Shown here: in pieces, positions 1 through 9,086 of the stretch
Position numbering within the stretch: position 1 is the stretch's first letter
Layout of the letters: every line of letters begins with the position of its first letter
Source of the DNA: an uncultured bacterium
GTDB taxonomy: Bacteria; Krumholzibacteriota; Krumholzibacteriia; LZORAL124-64-63
Assembly: GCA_963727525.1 (NCBI GenBank)
Contig: CAVSGO010000006.1
Span: forward strand, 32,001 to 96,000
Reading direction: 5' to 3'
Length of the DNA stretch: 64,000 nt
Translations under genes and position numbers: made by a program
Notes under the pieces: generated by a model
Seen by the model: the letters and a program-made list of their open reading frames with translations, nothing else
What the model was told of the DNA's origin: nothing
Database searches by the model: none

Positions 1-2
1 TC

Positions 3-647
3 GACGCCGCTACGGGCGGCGCCCATGCTCTCGGCGCGATCGTCGCCCAGCTGCGCCTCGTGCTCGAGAACAACCTCGCCGGGTTCGTGGGCGTGCAGGA
101 AGTGGCGAACCTGCTTGCCGAGGACGACGCGCTGCCGCGGCTCGAGGGGCAGTCGCTTTGCGCCTTCGCCCAGGTGCTGCGGGCGCTCGTCGAGGAGCGC
201 GTGTCGATCAAGCCGCTGGGGGCCTTGCTCGGGTGCTTCCTGGCCGGCAGTGCGACGAACACACCGCTGTCGGTCATCGTGGAGCAGATGCGGGCGCTTG
301 CGGATGTGACACCGTCATTGCCCGGTACGGCGTCAGGCGAGCGGCTGCTGCGGTTCGATGATGCGCTGACGGCCAGACTGGCGGCCGGACTGATCATCGA
401 GGGTGATGTCGCCATGCTGCGCGGCGAACCGGCGCTCATCCAGGATACCCTCGCTGCCGTGCGCGAGGCCACATCCGGCGCCCTGGTCGGGACGGCGTCG
501 GTCCTGGTGGTGGACGACCCGCGCCTGCGGCGGCCGTTGCGGCGGATCGTCGAGCTGGAGTTCACCGATCTGCCGGTGCTGGCGCGAAGCGAGCTGCCGC
601 CGTCGGTCTCGGCGGACACGGCGCAGACGATCGGGGGCACGCCATGA
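3..647 (+). CDS. FHIPEP-family (FlhA/SctV cytoplasmic domain) protein, 5'-truncated by window edge
   Basis: Frame is open from base 3. Motifs FVGVQEVANLL, QVLRALVEERVSIKPL and RLRRPLRRIVELEFTDLPVLARSEL match the FlhA/SctV C-terminal domain. Confidence 0.8.
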   Translation, partial: DAATGGAHALGAIVAQLRLVLENNLAGFVGVQEVANLLAEDDALPRLEGQSLCAFAQVLRALVEERVSIKPLGALLGCFLAGSATNTPLSVIVEQMRALADVTPSLPGTASGERLLRFDDALTARLAAGLIIEGDVAMLRGEPALIQDTLAAVREATSGALVGTASVLVVDDPRLRRPLRRIVELEFTDLPVLARSELPPSVSADTAQTIGGTP

Positions 648-2233
648 CGCCCCCGCGCACCATCACGGTCCGACTGGGAACCGAGCTGGCGGCGCTCGCG
701 ACGGGCGTGCCCGCGCTCGCGGATCGCCTCACCGGCGTCGTGCGCGACCTGGTCCACGATCTGGCGATCCCGGTCGACTACACGGTGGAGGTGGTCGGCG
801 CCGAGGATGGGCGCCAGGTCACGGTGACGATCGACGGCCAGCCCTGCCGCATACCGGTTTCCGTGGCGAGCACCAGCACCGCGACAGGCGACGACCTTGC
901 GCGCGAACTCGTCGCCGCGCTGCACGCCAGCCGCGAGCTGCTGCTGCCTGCCGACGTCGCCGCGGCGTGCTGGTGCGACTGGATCGACACGACCTCGCCA
1001 CCGCCGGCGGGCACGCTCGCGCTGATGCGTGGTGTGCTGCGGCGCGGTGTCCGCCTCGAACGCCTTCGCGCGGTTCTCGGTTCGCCGATCTCCGATGCCG
1101 ATGCCCTCGAGCAGGCGCTCGCGGCGGTCGACGGACCGCGTTTGCGGGTCTTCGTGAGCACGGAGCAGCACCGGCGACTGTATGACGCGCATGGCGAACC
1201 CATCGCGCTGATTGGCGACTATCCCTCCATCGCGCGGTTGCTGGCCCTCGTCGCGGATGGCCTGTTCTACGAGCTGGGCATCGTGTATCGTCTCGACCAG
1301 GTGGAGACTGACCCGACGCTCGCCCCGGGCGAGATGCGCTTCGCGATCAACGGCATGCGCACGCCGGTGCGGATGGGGCTTCAGCCGGACGAGGTGATGG
1401 TCAACACCACCGTCGATCGGCTCGACCTCGGGGGCCGGCCGACGGTGAATCCGGCGAACCTCAACCCCTGCACCGTGCTGGCGCAGTCGCCGGACGCGCA
1501 GCAGGCGATCACCAGGCAGGGTCTCACGTCGTGGGACGACCATGGCTACCTCATCCTCGAGCTGAGCCAGGCCGTGCGTCGGTACGCCGGCTCGCTCATG
1601 AGCACGGCAGTGGCGCAGTTCCTCTGCGAGCGCTTGCAACTCGCCTTCCCCGACCTCGTGGCGGCGGCCTGCGATCGCTACGACCACGGCACGCTCGCCC
1701 GCGTCCTGCGCGGATTGCTCGACGAGGACATCTGTATCCGCGACCTGCGTACGATTCTCGAGACCCTGCTTGCCTTCCACGGCGTCGTGGACGCGCCGAC
1801 GGGCGAGCTGATCACGTTCCTCTCATCGCCGGGCATCGCGTTGCCCGTCGACGCCGGTTCGCTGCCCTTCCGCGACCCGGTGGTGGCGCGTGTGGAATGC
1901 GTACGCACCATGATGCAACGGGAGATCTCCTCCAGGTACACCCGCGGCCAGTCGGTGCTCACGCCCTTCCTGATCGATCCCGATATCGAGTCGCGGCTGA
2001 AGGACGAGGCCCCGCTGTCGGCCGATGAGCACGCGCGCCTGATCGACGCCATCGGGGTCGAGGTGATGCCGGATCCTGCGCCCACGGCGCCCGTGATCCT
2101 GACCACGGCCACGGTACGCTTGCGCCTGCACCGTGAGATCGAATACGAATACCCGCACGTCGTGGTCCTGGCCTACCAGGACCTGAGTCCCGCGCTGAAC
2201 CTCGAGGTGGCGGCGCGGATCACCTGGAACTGA
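644..2233 (+). CDS. Soluble FHIPEP-family (SctV/FlhA C-domain-like) protein lacking the transmembrane domain
   Basis: Motifs GLFYELGI, VLRGLLDEDICIRDLRTILETL and RLRLHREIEYEYPHVVVLAYQDL; ATGA overlap with the upstream gene; no run of hydrophobic TM helices. Confidence 0.8.
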   Translation: MTPPRTITVRLGTELAALATGVPALADRLTGVVRDLVHDLAIPVDYTVEVVGAEDGRQVTVTIDGQPCRIPVSVASTSTATGDDLARELVAALHASRELLLPADVAAACWCDWIDTTSPPPAGTLALMRGVLRRGVRLERLRAVLGSPISDADALEQALAAVDGPRLRVFVSTEQHRRLYDAHGEPIALIGDYPSIARLLALVADGLFYELGIVYRLDQVETDPTLAPGEMRFAINGMRTPVRMGLQPDEVMVNTTVDRLDLGGRPTVNPANLNPCTVLAQSPDAQQAITRQGLTSWDDHGYLILELSQAVRRYAGSLMSTAVAQFLCERLQLAFPDLVAAACDRYDHGTLARVLRGLLDEDICIRDLRTILETLLAFHGVVDAPTGELITFLSSPGIALPVDAGSLPFRDPVVARVECVRTMMQREISSRYTRGQSVLTPFLIDPDIESRLKDEAPLSADEHARLIDAIGVEVMPDPAPTAPVILTTATVRLRLHREIEYEYPHVVVLAYQDLSPALNLEVAARITWN

Positions 2234-2246
2234 AGGGAGGTGTCCC

Positions 2247-2429
2247 ATGCCCAAGGCCAGACGGAAGACGGCCAGGAAATCCCCGACGACGTCCAGGACC
2301 AAGCGATGGAACTGGACGCCCCGCCGGCTCGAGACACACACGCCGGATCAGCCGCGCGCCGCCGACAGCGACGCGCTCGTCGACCGGCTCAACGCGCAGC
2401 AACCGGAGCAGCCCCGTTCGCGCAAGTAG
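2247..2429 (+). CDS. Small basic hypothetical protein (60 aa)
   Basis: Strong RBS (AAGGGAGG) before the ATG; lies in operon position; Lys/Arg-rich N-terminus. Confidence 0.55.
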   Translation: MPKARRKTARKSPTTSRTKRWNWTPRRLETHTPDQPRAADSDALVDRLNAQQPEQPRSRK

Positions 2430-2466
2430 TCCGACCACGACCGTGTGGTGACACAAAGGAGAAGGC

Positions 2467-2853
2467 ATGCCTGCCATGACGGAAATCGTGCGCTTCGATC
2501 CCAGCGCCCCGATCCAGATCAACATCGTCTCGCGCTCGCCGCACGTGGTGGCTTTCCGCGTGTGGACGCAAGCGCCCGGTCAGGCCGACTGGGCTACCGT
2601 CTTCACCGGCAAGACCGACGACAATGTGCCCGACCACATCGAGATCGCCGCCTTGCCCGACAACGCGCTCATCGCGTGGTGGCTCGGCGTGGGCGGCAAC
2701 GCCAAGACGCCGTTCCGTACCGTGATCACGCTCGCTCAGGACGGCCGTATCCTCGACGGCGGCACGCGTCTGGAAGAGGGCAAGGTCGACGACGACGGCC
2801 TTGCCTTCGTCGAGGGCAAGATCAACCTCGTCGCCCAGAGGGAGACACCATGA
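2467..2853 (+). CDS. Hypothetical protein (128 aa, beta-rich)
   Basis: RBS AAGGAGAAGG; typical GC3 codon usage; ATGA overlap with the next gene. Confidence 0.7.
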   Translation: MPAMTEIVRFDPSAPIQINIVSRSPHVVAFRVWTQAPGQADWATVFTGKTDDNVPDHIEIAALPDNALIAWWLGVGGNAKTPFRTVITLAQDGRILDGGTRLEEGKVDDDGLAFVEGKINLVAQRETP

Positions 2854-3920
2854 CCACGCGAATCCGGATCACGTGTGCAATGTTCGTGCTGGTCGCCGCG
2901 GGGCTCGTGTCTCTGGTGCCGGCACCACTCCTGGCGGTCGACGATGCGAGCAGCGGACTCGATCTGCTATCGCCCCCGGCCTCGCCGGCGTTCACCCTGC
3001 TCGGCGCCACGCCGGAGACGATCCATCGCCCGGAGACGCTCCAGGATCTGGGCGTGGACATGCGGTCGGGCGTTAGCGGCGACGGTCGGGCGGTGAGCGG
3101 ATTCGCGCTCGAGTTCTCGGCCAATCAGATCCTCAAGCCGGCCATCGATCTGAAGCGATACCGCGAGAGCTGGTCGGCCTTCGCGCTGCAGAACCTGCGC
3201 GTGTCGCTGGCCACAGTGCGCGCGGCCGGCGATTCGACGGCCACCGACCTCGCGCTCGGGCTCAGCTTCCCGCTCTTCAACCGCGCCGATCCCATGCGCG
3301 ACAAGGCGTACAGCGATGCCCTCGGCGAGGTTCTCCTGAACGCGGCGCCGTCGCAACCAGGCCAGGACCGCACGATGCTCGAGGCCCGGGCGCGCGAGCA
3401 GCGCCAGGCGCTCTTCGCGCAGTGGCGCGCCGATCACTGGAACGCCTCGCGCGCCGAGATCGCGATGGCGGTGGGCGGCCGGCTCATGGATTCGAAGTTC
3501 GACCAGCTCTACGGCTCGCGCGTCGCGGTGTGGTCGACCCTCGGGCTCCGGCTCGGCACCTGGGGCCAGTTCCTTGCCCTCGCGCGCTACGATCACCTGT
3601 GGGACATCCCGGATCAGCCGGGCGGCGACCAGATCCAGTACGGCGGTCGGATCATCGCGGGTTCGGGTTCGTTCAATCTCTACGTCGAGATGCTAGGGCG
3701 ACGCACGTCCTTCGACACCGCCGTGCTGCCTGATGGCAGCGACTCGGACACGAGCGGTTCGTGGGCCTTCGGCGCCGAGTATCGCATCGCGCAGGGCATC
3801 TGGGTCATGACTGGGCTGGGCAGCCGCTTCGACGAGGCCGTCGCCGGCGCCAGCCGCACGCAGGTGGCTCTGGGCTTGAAGTGGGGCCTCGCCCGCGCGT
3901 CGCGGCTGGGAACGCATTGA
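2850..3920 (+). CDS. Exported protein, probable outer-membrane beta-barrel
   Basis: Signal-peptide-like N-terminus (MTTRIRITCAMFVLVAAGLVSL...); C-terminal half has alternating amphipathic strands (WAFGAEYRIAQGIWVMTGLG, VALGLKWGL). Confidence 0.65.
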   Translation: MTTRIRITCAMFVLVAAGLVSLVPAPLLAVDDASSGLDLLSPPASPAFTLLGATPETIHRPETLQDLGVDMRSGVSGDGRAVSGFALEFSANQILKPAIDLKRYRESWSAFALQNLRVSLATVRAAGDSTATDLALGLSFPLFNRADPMRDKAYSDALGEVLLNAAPSQPGQDRTMLEARAREQRQALFAQWRADHWNASRAEIAMAVGGRLMDSKFDQLYGSRVAVWSTLGLRLGTWGQFLALARYDHLWDIPDQPGGDQIQYGGRIIAGSGSFNLYVEMLGRRTSFDTAVLPDGSDSDTSGSWAFGAEYRIAQGIWVMTGLGSRFDEAVAGASRTQVALGLKWGLARASRLGTH

Positions 3921-3937
3921 TCTGGGACGCCTCGGGG

Positions 3938-5662
3938 TCACCTCGTGAGCATCACCTTCACCGAGCCCGCCCCTGCCGCGGTCTCCAGCCGCACCAGGTA
4001 CGGCCCGGACGCCACGGCGCGGCCAGTGGTGTCGGTGCCGTCCCAGCGCACGATGCGATGGCCCGTCGCCAGAGCGGCGCTGACCAGGGTGGCGATATGG
4101 CGGCCGGCGGCGTCGTACACGCGCAATGACACGTCGCCCGCCACGCACACGTCGAAGGCGACGGCGACCTGCGGGTTGAACGGATTCGGAGCCGCCGTCA
4201 GCGCGAGATCGGTGCGCACCGGCGTATCGTGCGCGCCCACCGAGGGAGCGGCGGCGTCACGCACGAGGCGTACGAAATTGAAGATGCGGATGGCGTCGCC
4301 CTGCGGTCCGTGGCCCTCGTGGTAGTTGGCCGGATCGCCGAACTTGGGATCGCTACGCTGCGCGCCCGCGCCGTGCACGTCGACCCAGCCGCCGTTCATG
4401 TAGCCGAGCGCGCGGCCGAACGCGACGTACGCCGCGAATCCCCCACTCACGGGCCCGCCATTCTGGTGGGTCGTGCTCGACCAGTAGTAGGGGAAGTCGG
4501 TCTGGCCGGCCTCGTTGACGATGGTCGTGGCGGTGAAGAGCGGATCGATGGCAGCCGAACCCGAGGTGTCGGGTGAGCGGGTGTAGTCGACCAGGGATTG
4601 CAGCTCCTTGACGTTCGGGAGACGCCAGTCGTCGTGGCCGAGGAACTGCTCAGCGTTGCACGCGTCAGCCCAGGCGAGCGCATCTTCCCAGGCCATGCCC
4701 TCGCCGCTATCATTCTGGCTCCACATCAGCCCGGTAGCCTGGTCGGTGACCGTGCCGTCGCCATTGTCGACGTAGGCCGTCGTCGCGTACAACGGATTCC
4801 CGCGCACGCACTTCACGTAGAACGTCTTCTGGGTGCCGCCCATGTCCAGTCCGTAGCGCTTGATGCGGCCGTCGGCGAAGTTCACGCCGAAGAGGAGCGA
4901 ACCCGCGGCCTGGCTGACGTAGAGCGTGCGCGAGCCGTACTTGGCGTCGATGACCCGCTCGCCGGCGGCCTCGTCGCCATATGCGAAGTCGAAGACCGAG
5001 GTGTCGAGAAACGGTACCAGGTTGACGGGATCGGACTCGCCGCTCGGGTCGAGGCCACGGAAGTCGATCAGCGAGAACAGCTCCTCGATCATGGGCAGAC
5101 GCCAGTCGTCGTGGCCGCCGTAGTCGATCGCGTCGAGAGTGGCCGGATTGGCTTGCAGCTCGTCCCACGTGAACTTGTCGTCGGCGTCGATGGTGCCGTT
5201 GCCGGCGGTGACCGTGAACGCGGCGCTGGCGCCGGGTACGACGGTGAGCGACTGCGGCTGCCCGGTGATGATCGGCGGCATGTCGCCGCCGGTCGTGATC
5301 GTGAACGCGCCCGGGCCGTTGAACACCAGCTCACCATCGGGGGTCGAGAAGGTGACGACGGCATCCACGGAGCCTGGTGTCGTGTCGGCTGGTAGATCGA
5401 AGCTGGCAATGACGGTGTCCTGGGACGGGTGCGAGATCCCGGTGCCGGTGACGTCGCCGATCGTCACGGCCGCTGGCGCGACGCCCGCCGGCGGCGGAGG
5501 CGGCACGTCGGTATCGAGCGTGAATGTCACGAGCAGACCCACCGTGCCGGCGGGGGCCGTGTCGGGCGCGATGGCCACGATCTCGTTCGTATTCTGGGCA
5601 AACCCACTGGCCGTGGTGGCCACGAGCAGGATGGAGGCAAGCATGGTGACTCGGTGATGCAT
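3938..5662 (-). CDS. Secreted DUF1566 (Lcl C-terminal-like) domain protein with Ig-like domains and FlgD-Ig C-terminal domain
   Basis: Signal peptide; two DDWRLP..EL.SL motifs; YVDNGDGTVTDQATGLMW; C-terminal APNPFNP...WDGTD..G..VASG.Y. Confidence 0.8.
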   Translation of the reverse strand: MHHRVTMLASILLVATTASGFAQNTNEIVAIAPDTAPAGTVGLLVTFTLDTDVPPPPPAGVAPAAVTIGDVTGTGISHPSQDTVIASFDLPADTTPGSVDAVVTFSTPDGELVFNGPGAFTITTGGDMPPIITGQPQSLTVVPGASAAFTVTAGNGTIDADDKFTWDELQANPATLDAIDYGGHDDWRLPMIEELFSLIDFRGLDPSGESDPVNLVPFLDTSVFDFAYGDEAAGERVIDAKYGSRTLYVSQAAGSLLFGVNFADGRIKRYGLDMGGTQKTFYVKCVRGNPLYATTAYVDNGDGTVTDQATGLMWSQNDSGEGMAWEDALAWADACNAEQFLGHDDWRLPNVKELQSLVDYTRSPDTSGSAAIDPLFTATTIVNEAGQTDFPYYWSSTTHQNGGPVSGGFAAYVAFGRALGYMNGGWVDVHGAGAQRSDPKFGDPANYHEGHGPQGDAIRIFNFVRLVRDAAAPSVGAHDTPVRTDLALTAAPNPFNPQVAVAFDVCVAGDVSLRVYDAAGRHIATLVSAALATGHRIVRWDGTDTTGRAVASGPYLVRLETAAGAGSVKVMLTR

Positions 5663-5802
5663 GGCGAGACTCCCCAGCACGAATGAACCGGTGGGACGAA
5701 TATGAAAGTCAACGCACGAACCACCAGGAAGCAGCGATCGATCTCGTGCGAACGAGGCCCCCGCGCCGGTCGCGGGGGCCTCACCGAAGTCCGCGTTGTC
5801 GA

Positions 5803-6522
5803 TTACCGGTACAGCGACTTCACCGAACCCCACGTCGATGCGTCTGTCTGCATCGACTTGTCGTTCGCACCTTCGATCTCGATCTCCACCTCGGAGCCCG
5901 TGCCGGGGTCGATGCCGACCACGCACACGTCGTCGATCCAGAATTCCTGGCCCCCCACGGCGAAGTGACGCACCGGCCCGCGGAGCTGGCCGACACCCTT
6001 CTTGCCGCCGGGTACCGGAACCTCGCGCACGCCGTACACGACGCCCGGCGCGATGGCGACCGGAGCCATGTCCAGTTCACCGGCGTACACGGGTGCCGCG
6101 TTCACGCGCAGGTTCTCGAACCCGCCCAGGTCGAGCCAGCGGAAGCGCACGCCCGTGACGCGGATGCCGAGTCCCGTGAGATCAAAATCCAGATTCACGT
6201 TATTCTCGCGGCAGATGTTGATCACGCCGAAGTTGGTCGGCGCGCCGGTCGCCGGCTCGATGCGGGCTCCGCCGAAGCCCGACCCACCGCCGGGGAAAAG
6301 GAGCTCGTGAATCGTGACGTCGATCCCGTCCTCGTTGAAGAGCCAGTCGCCCGGCGCGTAGCCGCCGCCGGGGGCGTATACGGTTCCTGCGGCGAGCCCG
6401 TCGAAGGTGACCTCGGCATCGCAGGCGAAGGCGGAACCGGTCAGGCCCGTGAGAGCCGCGAACACCAGACCCAGCGCCACCGCCCCGATCCTCGACACAA
6501 AATCTTGATGAAACTTACGCAT
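5803..6522 (-). CDS. Secreted hypothetical protein with C-terminal TWGSVKSLYR motif
   Basis: AGGAGG RBS before MRKFHQ; signal peptide ending AFA; C-terminus STWGSVKSLYR. Confidence 0.75.
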   Translation of the reverse strand: MRKFHQDFVSRIGAVALGLVFAALTGLTGSAFACDAEVTFDGLAAGTVYAPGGGYAPGDWLFNEDGIDVTIHELLFPGGGSGFGGARIEPATGAPTNFGVINICRENNVNLDFDLTGLGIRVTGVRFRWLDLGGFENLRVNAAPVYAGELDMAPVAIAPGVVYGVREVPVPGGKKGVGQLRGPVRHFAVGGQEFWIDDVCVVGIDPGTGSEVEIEIEGANDKSMQTDASTWGSVKSLYR

Positions 6523-6853
6523 GTCTTGCCTCCTGGCGTGCGAGGCGACTGTTGTGCCCGGGACCATCCCGTGCCGTCCGTCGACCTCGTCTGCCAGCAC
6601 ATGCGCGGAAGGAGATCCGGGTGTGCAGAACAGATCGCTAGTGTGGATGATCCTCGTGGAGCACGGCGGCGGGAAATCCGACCAAACAGCCATCGAACGC
6701 GGCGCCCTGACCCTTCGACAGGCACAGAATCGAATCGTTGTCGCAGTGATCGCGGCCACTGCGGTAGCCCACCACCGCCCCTGTCGTGCCTCCAAACCCT
6801 CCTCTCGAAATCGCCTCGCCAGGCGGGGTGCCGGCCGCCAGGCCAGTCAGATC

Positions 6854-7552
6854 TCACGCCAGATCGAACAGCATGACCTCCGCGTCGCTCGCCGCGGTCA
6901 CGGTCAATGTCTCCTCATCGCTGACCGCGACGCCGTCACTGGTACCGAGCGGCACGCTATTAAGCGTCACCCGGCCGCGCAGTACCTGCAGCCACGCATG
7001 CCGGTCATTCGCGAGTTCGTGGGTGACGGACGCGTTGGAGTCGAGCTGGCCCAGATAGATGTGCAAGTCCTGGTGGATCGTGAGCGACCCCGCAGCGCCG
7101 ACGGGGGACGTGACGAGCTGGAGCGCGTTACGGCGACCCGCCTCGGCGAAGCGCTTCTGCTCGTAGCTCGGCGTGATGCCGGCCCTCTCAGGCAGAAGCC
7201 AGATCTGGTAGAAGTGCAATGGCGTCTCGGACGACGGATTGAACTCACTGTGAGTGATGCCGGTGCCTGCCGACATACGCTGGATCTCGCCGGGTCGCAG
7301 CACCTCGCCGTTGCCCATGGAATCGCGATGTTCGATCGCGCCCTCGAGGACGTAGGTCACGATCTCTATATCGCGATGGGGATGTGTGCCGAATCCCTCG
7401 CCGGGCCGGACGCGGTCCTCGTTGATCACCCGCAAGGCGCGAAATCCCATGTGCTCGGGGTCGTGGTAGCGACCGAACGAGAATGTGTGGTACGTGTTGA
7501 GCCAGCCATGATCGAGGTGGCCGCGTTCCTCGGCTTTCCGGATCGCGAACAT
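6854..7552 (-). CDS. Pirin family protein (YhhW-like bicupin)
   Basis: Motifs RGHLDHGWLNTYHTFSF, LRVINED, GFGTHPHRDIEIVTYV and MSAGTGITHSEFN. Confidence 0.95.
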   Translation of the reverse strand: MFAIRKAEERGHLDHGWLNTYHTFSFGRYHDPEHMGFRALRVINEDRVRPGEGFGTHPHRDIEIVTYVLEGAIEHRDSMGNGEVLRPGEIQRMSAGTGITHSEFNPSSETPLHFYQIWLLPERAGITPSYEQKRFAEAGRRNALQLVTSPVGAAGSLTIHQDLHIYLGQLDSNASVTHELANDRHAWLQVLRGRVTLNSVPLGTSDGVAVSDEETLTVTAASDAEVMLFDLA

Positions 7553-7673
7553 GTCGACTTCCTTTCTGCCGCGCGCCACATCGGGCGCCGCTGGCGAGAA
7601 GGTACGCACAGGCGAAAAAGACGACAAGAAGGCACCGAATGGATACCGAGTCGCCGCATGGGAGCGAGACGAC

Positions 7674-8414
7674 ATGAACGCATCACCGTCCAGGATCATG
7701 GGGCCAGTCGTGATCCTCATCGGGTTACTCGCGGCCCCTCTCCTTGCGCAGAGTCCCGATACTACCGCGACCGGTCACGACCCCGCACATCCGCCCATCG
7801 ATTGTCCGCTGCGCAAGCAGGGCATCGATCCCGCCCACATGCGGCCGTTCGCGGACGTCGAGAAGTACATCGCGTTTCTCGACCGAGATGATCGGGCCGT
7901 GTGGCAGAAGCCGGACGAGGTGGTGTCGGCTCTCGGTCTCGAAGGCGATGAGACCATCGTCGACCTCGGAGCCGGGTCGGGCTACTTCTCATTCCGGCTA
8001 GCGAAGGCCGTACCGCAAGGCAAGGTGATCGCTGCCGACATCGAACCCGAGATGATTCGCCACATCCACCACAGAGCCATGACCGAAGGCGTGGGTAATA
8101 TCGAGGCGAAGCTCATTACCGCCGCCGACCCCGGGATTCCGGCCGACGTCGATCTGGTGTTCATCTGCGACGTGCTGCACCACGTCCCGGATCGTCACGT
8201 CTGGCTCGAGAAGATTGCGAACGCAATGCCGTCCGGCGCCCGTCTCGTCCTGATCGAGTTCAGGGCGGGCGATCTGCCCGAGGGCCCTCCGGAGTCGGCG
8301 AAGATCCCCCGTGATCGACTCGTGCAACTGGTGACGGACGCCGGTTTCAAGCTGGTGGGAGCGCATGACGAGCTCCTCCCGTACCAGACGTTCCTGATCT
8401 TCGAGAGAGAATGA
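7674..8414 (+). CDS. Class I SAM-dependent methyltransferase with N-terminal signal-like segment
   Basis: SAM motif IVDLGAGSGYF; R..WQKPDEVV; DVLHH. Confidence 0.85.
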   Translation: MNASPSRIMGPVVILIGLLAAPLLAQSPDTTATGHDPAHPPIDCPLRKQGIDPAHMRPFADVEKYIAFLDRDDRAVWQKPDEVVSALGLEGDETIVDLGAGSGYFSFRLAKAVPQGKVIAADIEPEMIRHIHHRAMTEGVGNIEAKLITAADPGIPADVDLVFICDVLHHVPDRHVWLEKIANAMPSGARLVLIEFRAGDLPEGPPESAKIPRDRLVQLVTDAGFKLVGAHDELLPYQTFLIFERE

Positions 8415-8538
8415 GCTGCGCGGTCCGCACGGGCTGCGGTGGCGCGGATCGTCGCCTCCAATCCATGTCGAATGGTGTTGAAGGAGCGCCCGACACCGCG
8501 CATCATCCCGAGTGGTTCCCCATACGAGAGGAGACGAC

Positions 8539-9060
8539 GTGCCGCGGATTCCCAGGCCCGGACCCGGCGACCACGCTGCTTACTATGGCCAGTATATGGC
8601 CCGCTTCCTCGATCACGACGTGCTGGTCGATCTTACCGCGCAGTCCGACGAGTTGGCGGCGCGGCTGCGCCCCCTCGATGACGACGCCGCGCGGTTTCGC
8701 TACGCTGCGGGCAAGTGGAGCGTGAAGGAGGTGCTCGGCCATCTGGTCGACACGGAGCGCATGTTCACGTATCGCGCCATGAGCATCGCGCGAGGTGACC
8801 CCGCCGCGTTGCCCGGCATGGACGAGAACGCATGGGTCGCCGGCGCCACTTTCGACGCGCAGCCGCTCGGCGACCTGGTCGACGAGTTCGTCGCGGTGCG
8901 AGCCGTCACCCTGCTCTTCTTCGCCGGCCTGTCGCCGGAAGCCTACAACCGCCGTGGCATGGCCAACGACAGCCCGATCGTCGTCCGCGCATTGCCGTTC
9001 ATCATCTGCGGGCATGCCGCCCATCATCTCGAGATACTGCAGGAGCGGTATCGGGTCTGA
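8539..9060 (+). CDS. DinB family protein
   Basis: Motifs RYAAGKWSVKEVLGHLVDTER and GHAAHH; GTG start after AGGAG. Confidence 0.9.
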   Translation: MPRIPRPGPGDHAAYYGQYMARFLDHDVLVDLTAQSDELAARLRPLDDDAARFRYAAGKWSVKEVLGHLVDTERMFTYRAMSIARGDPAALPGMDENAWVAGATFDAQPLGDLVDEFVAVRAVTLLFFAGLSPEAYNRRGMANDSPIVVRALPFIICGHAAHHLEILQERYRV

Positions 9061-9086
9061 CGGGCGGGCGACCGCCGTATCCCTGC

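Noticed and set aside
3-2233. Calling these genes flhA/sctV of a flagellar or T3SS cluster
   Set aside because: The complete gene lacks the TM domain and no other export-apparatus gene is in the window. The N-terminus of gene 1 is not visible, so no symbol was assigned.
6523-6853. Intergenic hairpins (e.g. GCAGTG...CACTGC) as an ncRNA or tRNA
   Set aside because: No cloverleaf or known riboswitch consensus; short GC-rich stems are expected by chance.
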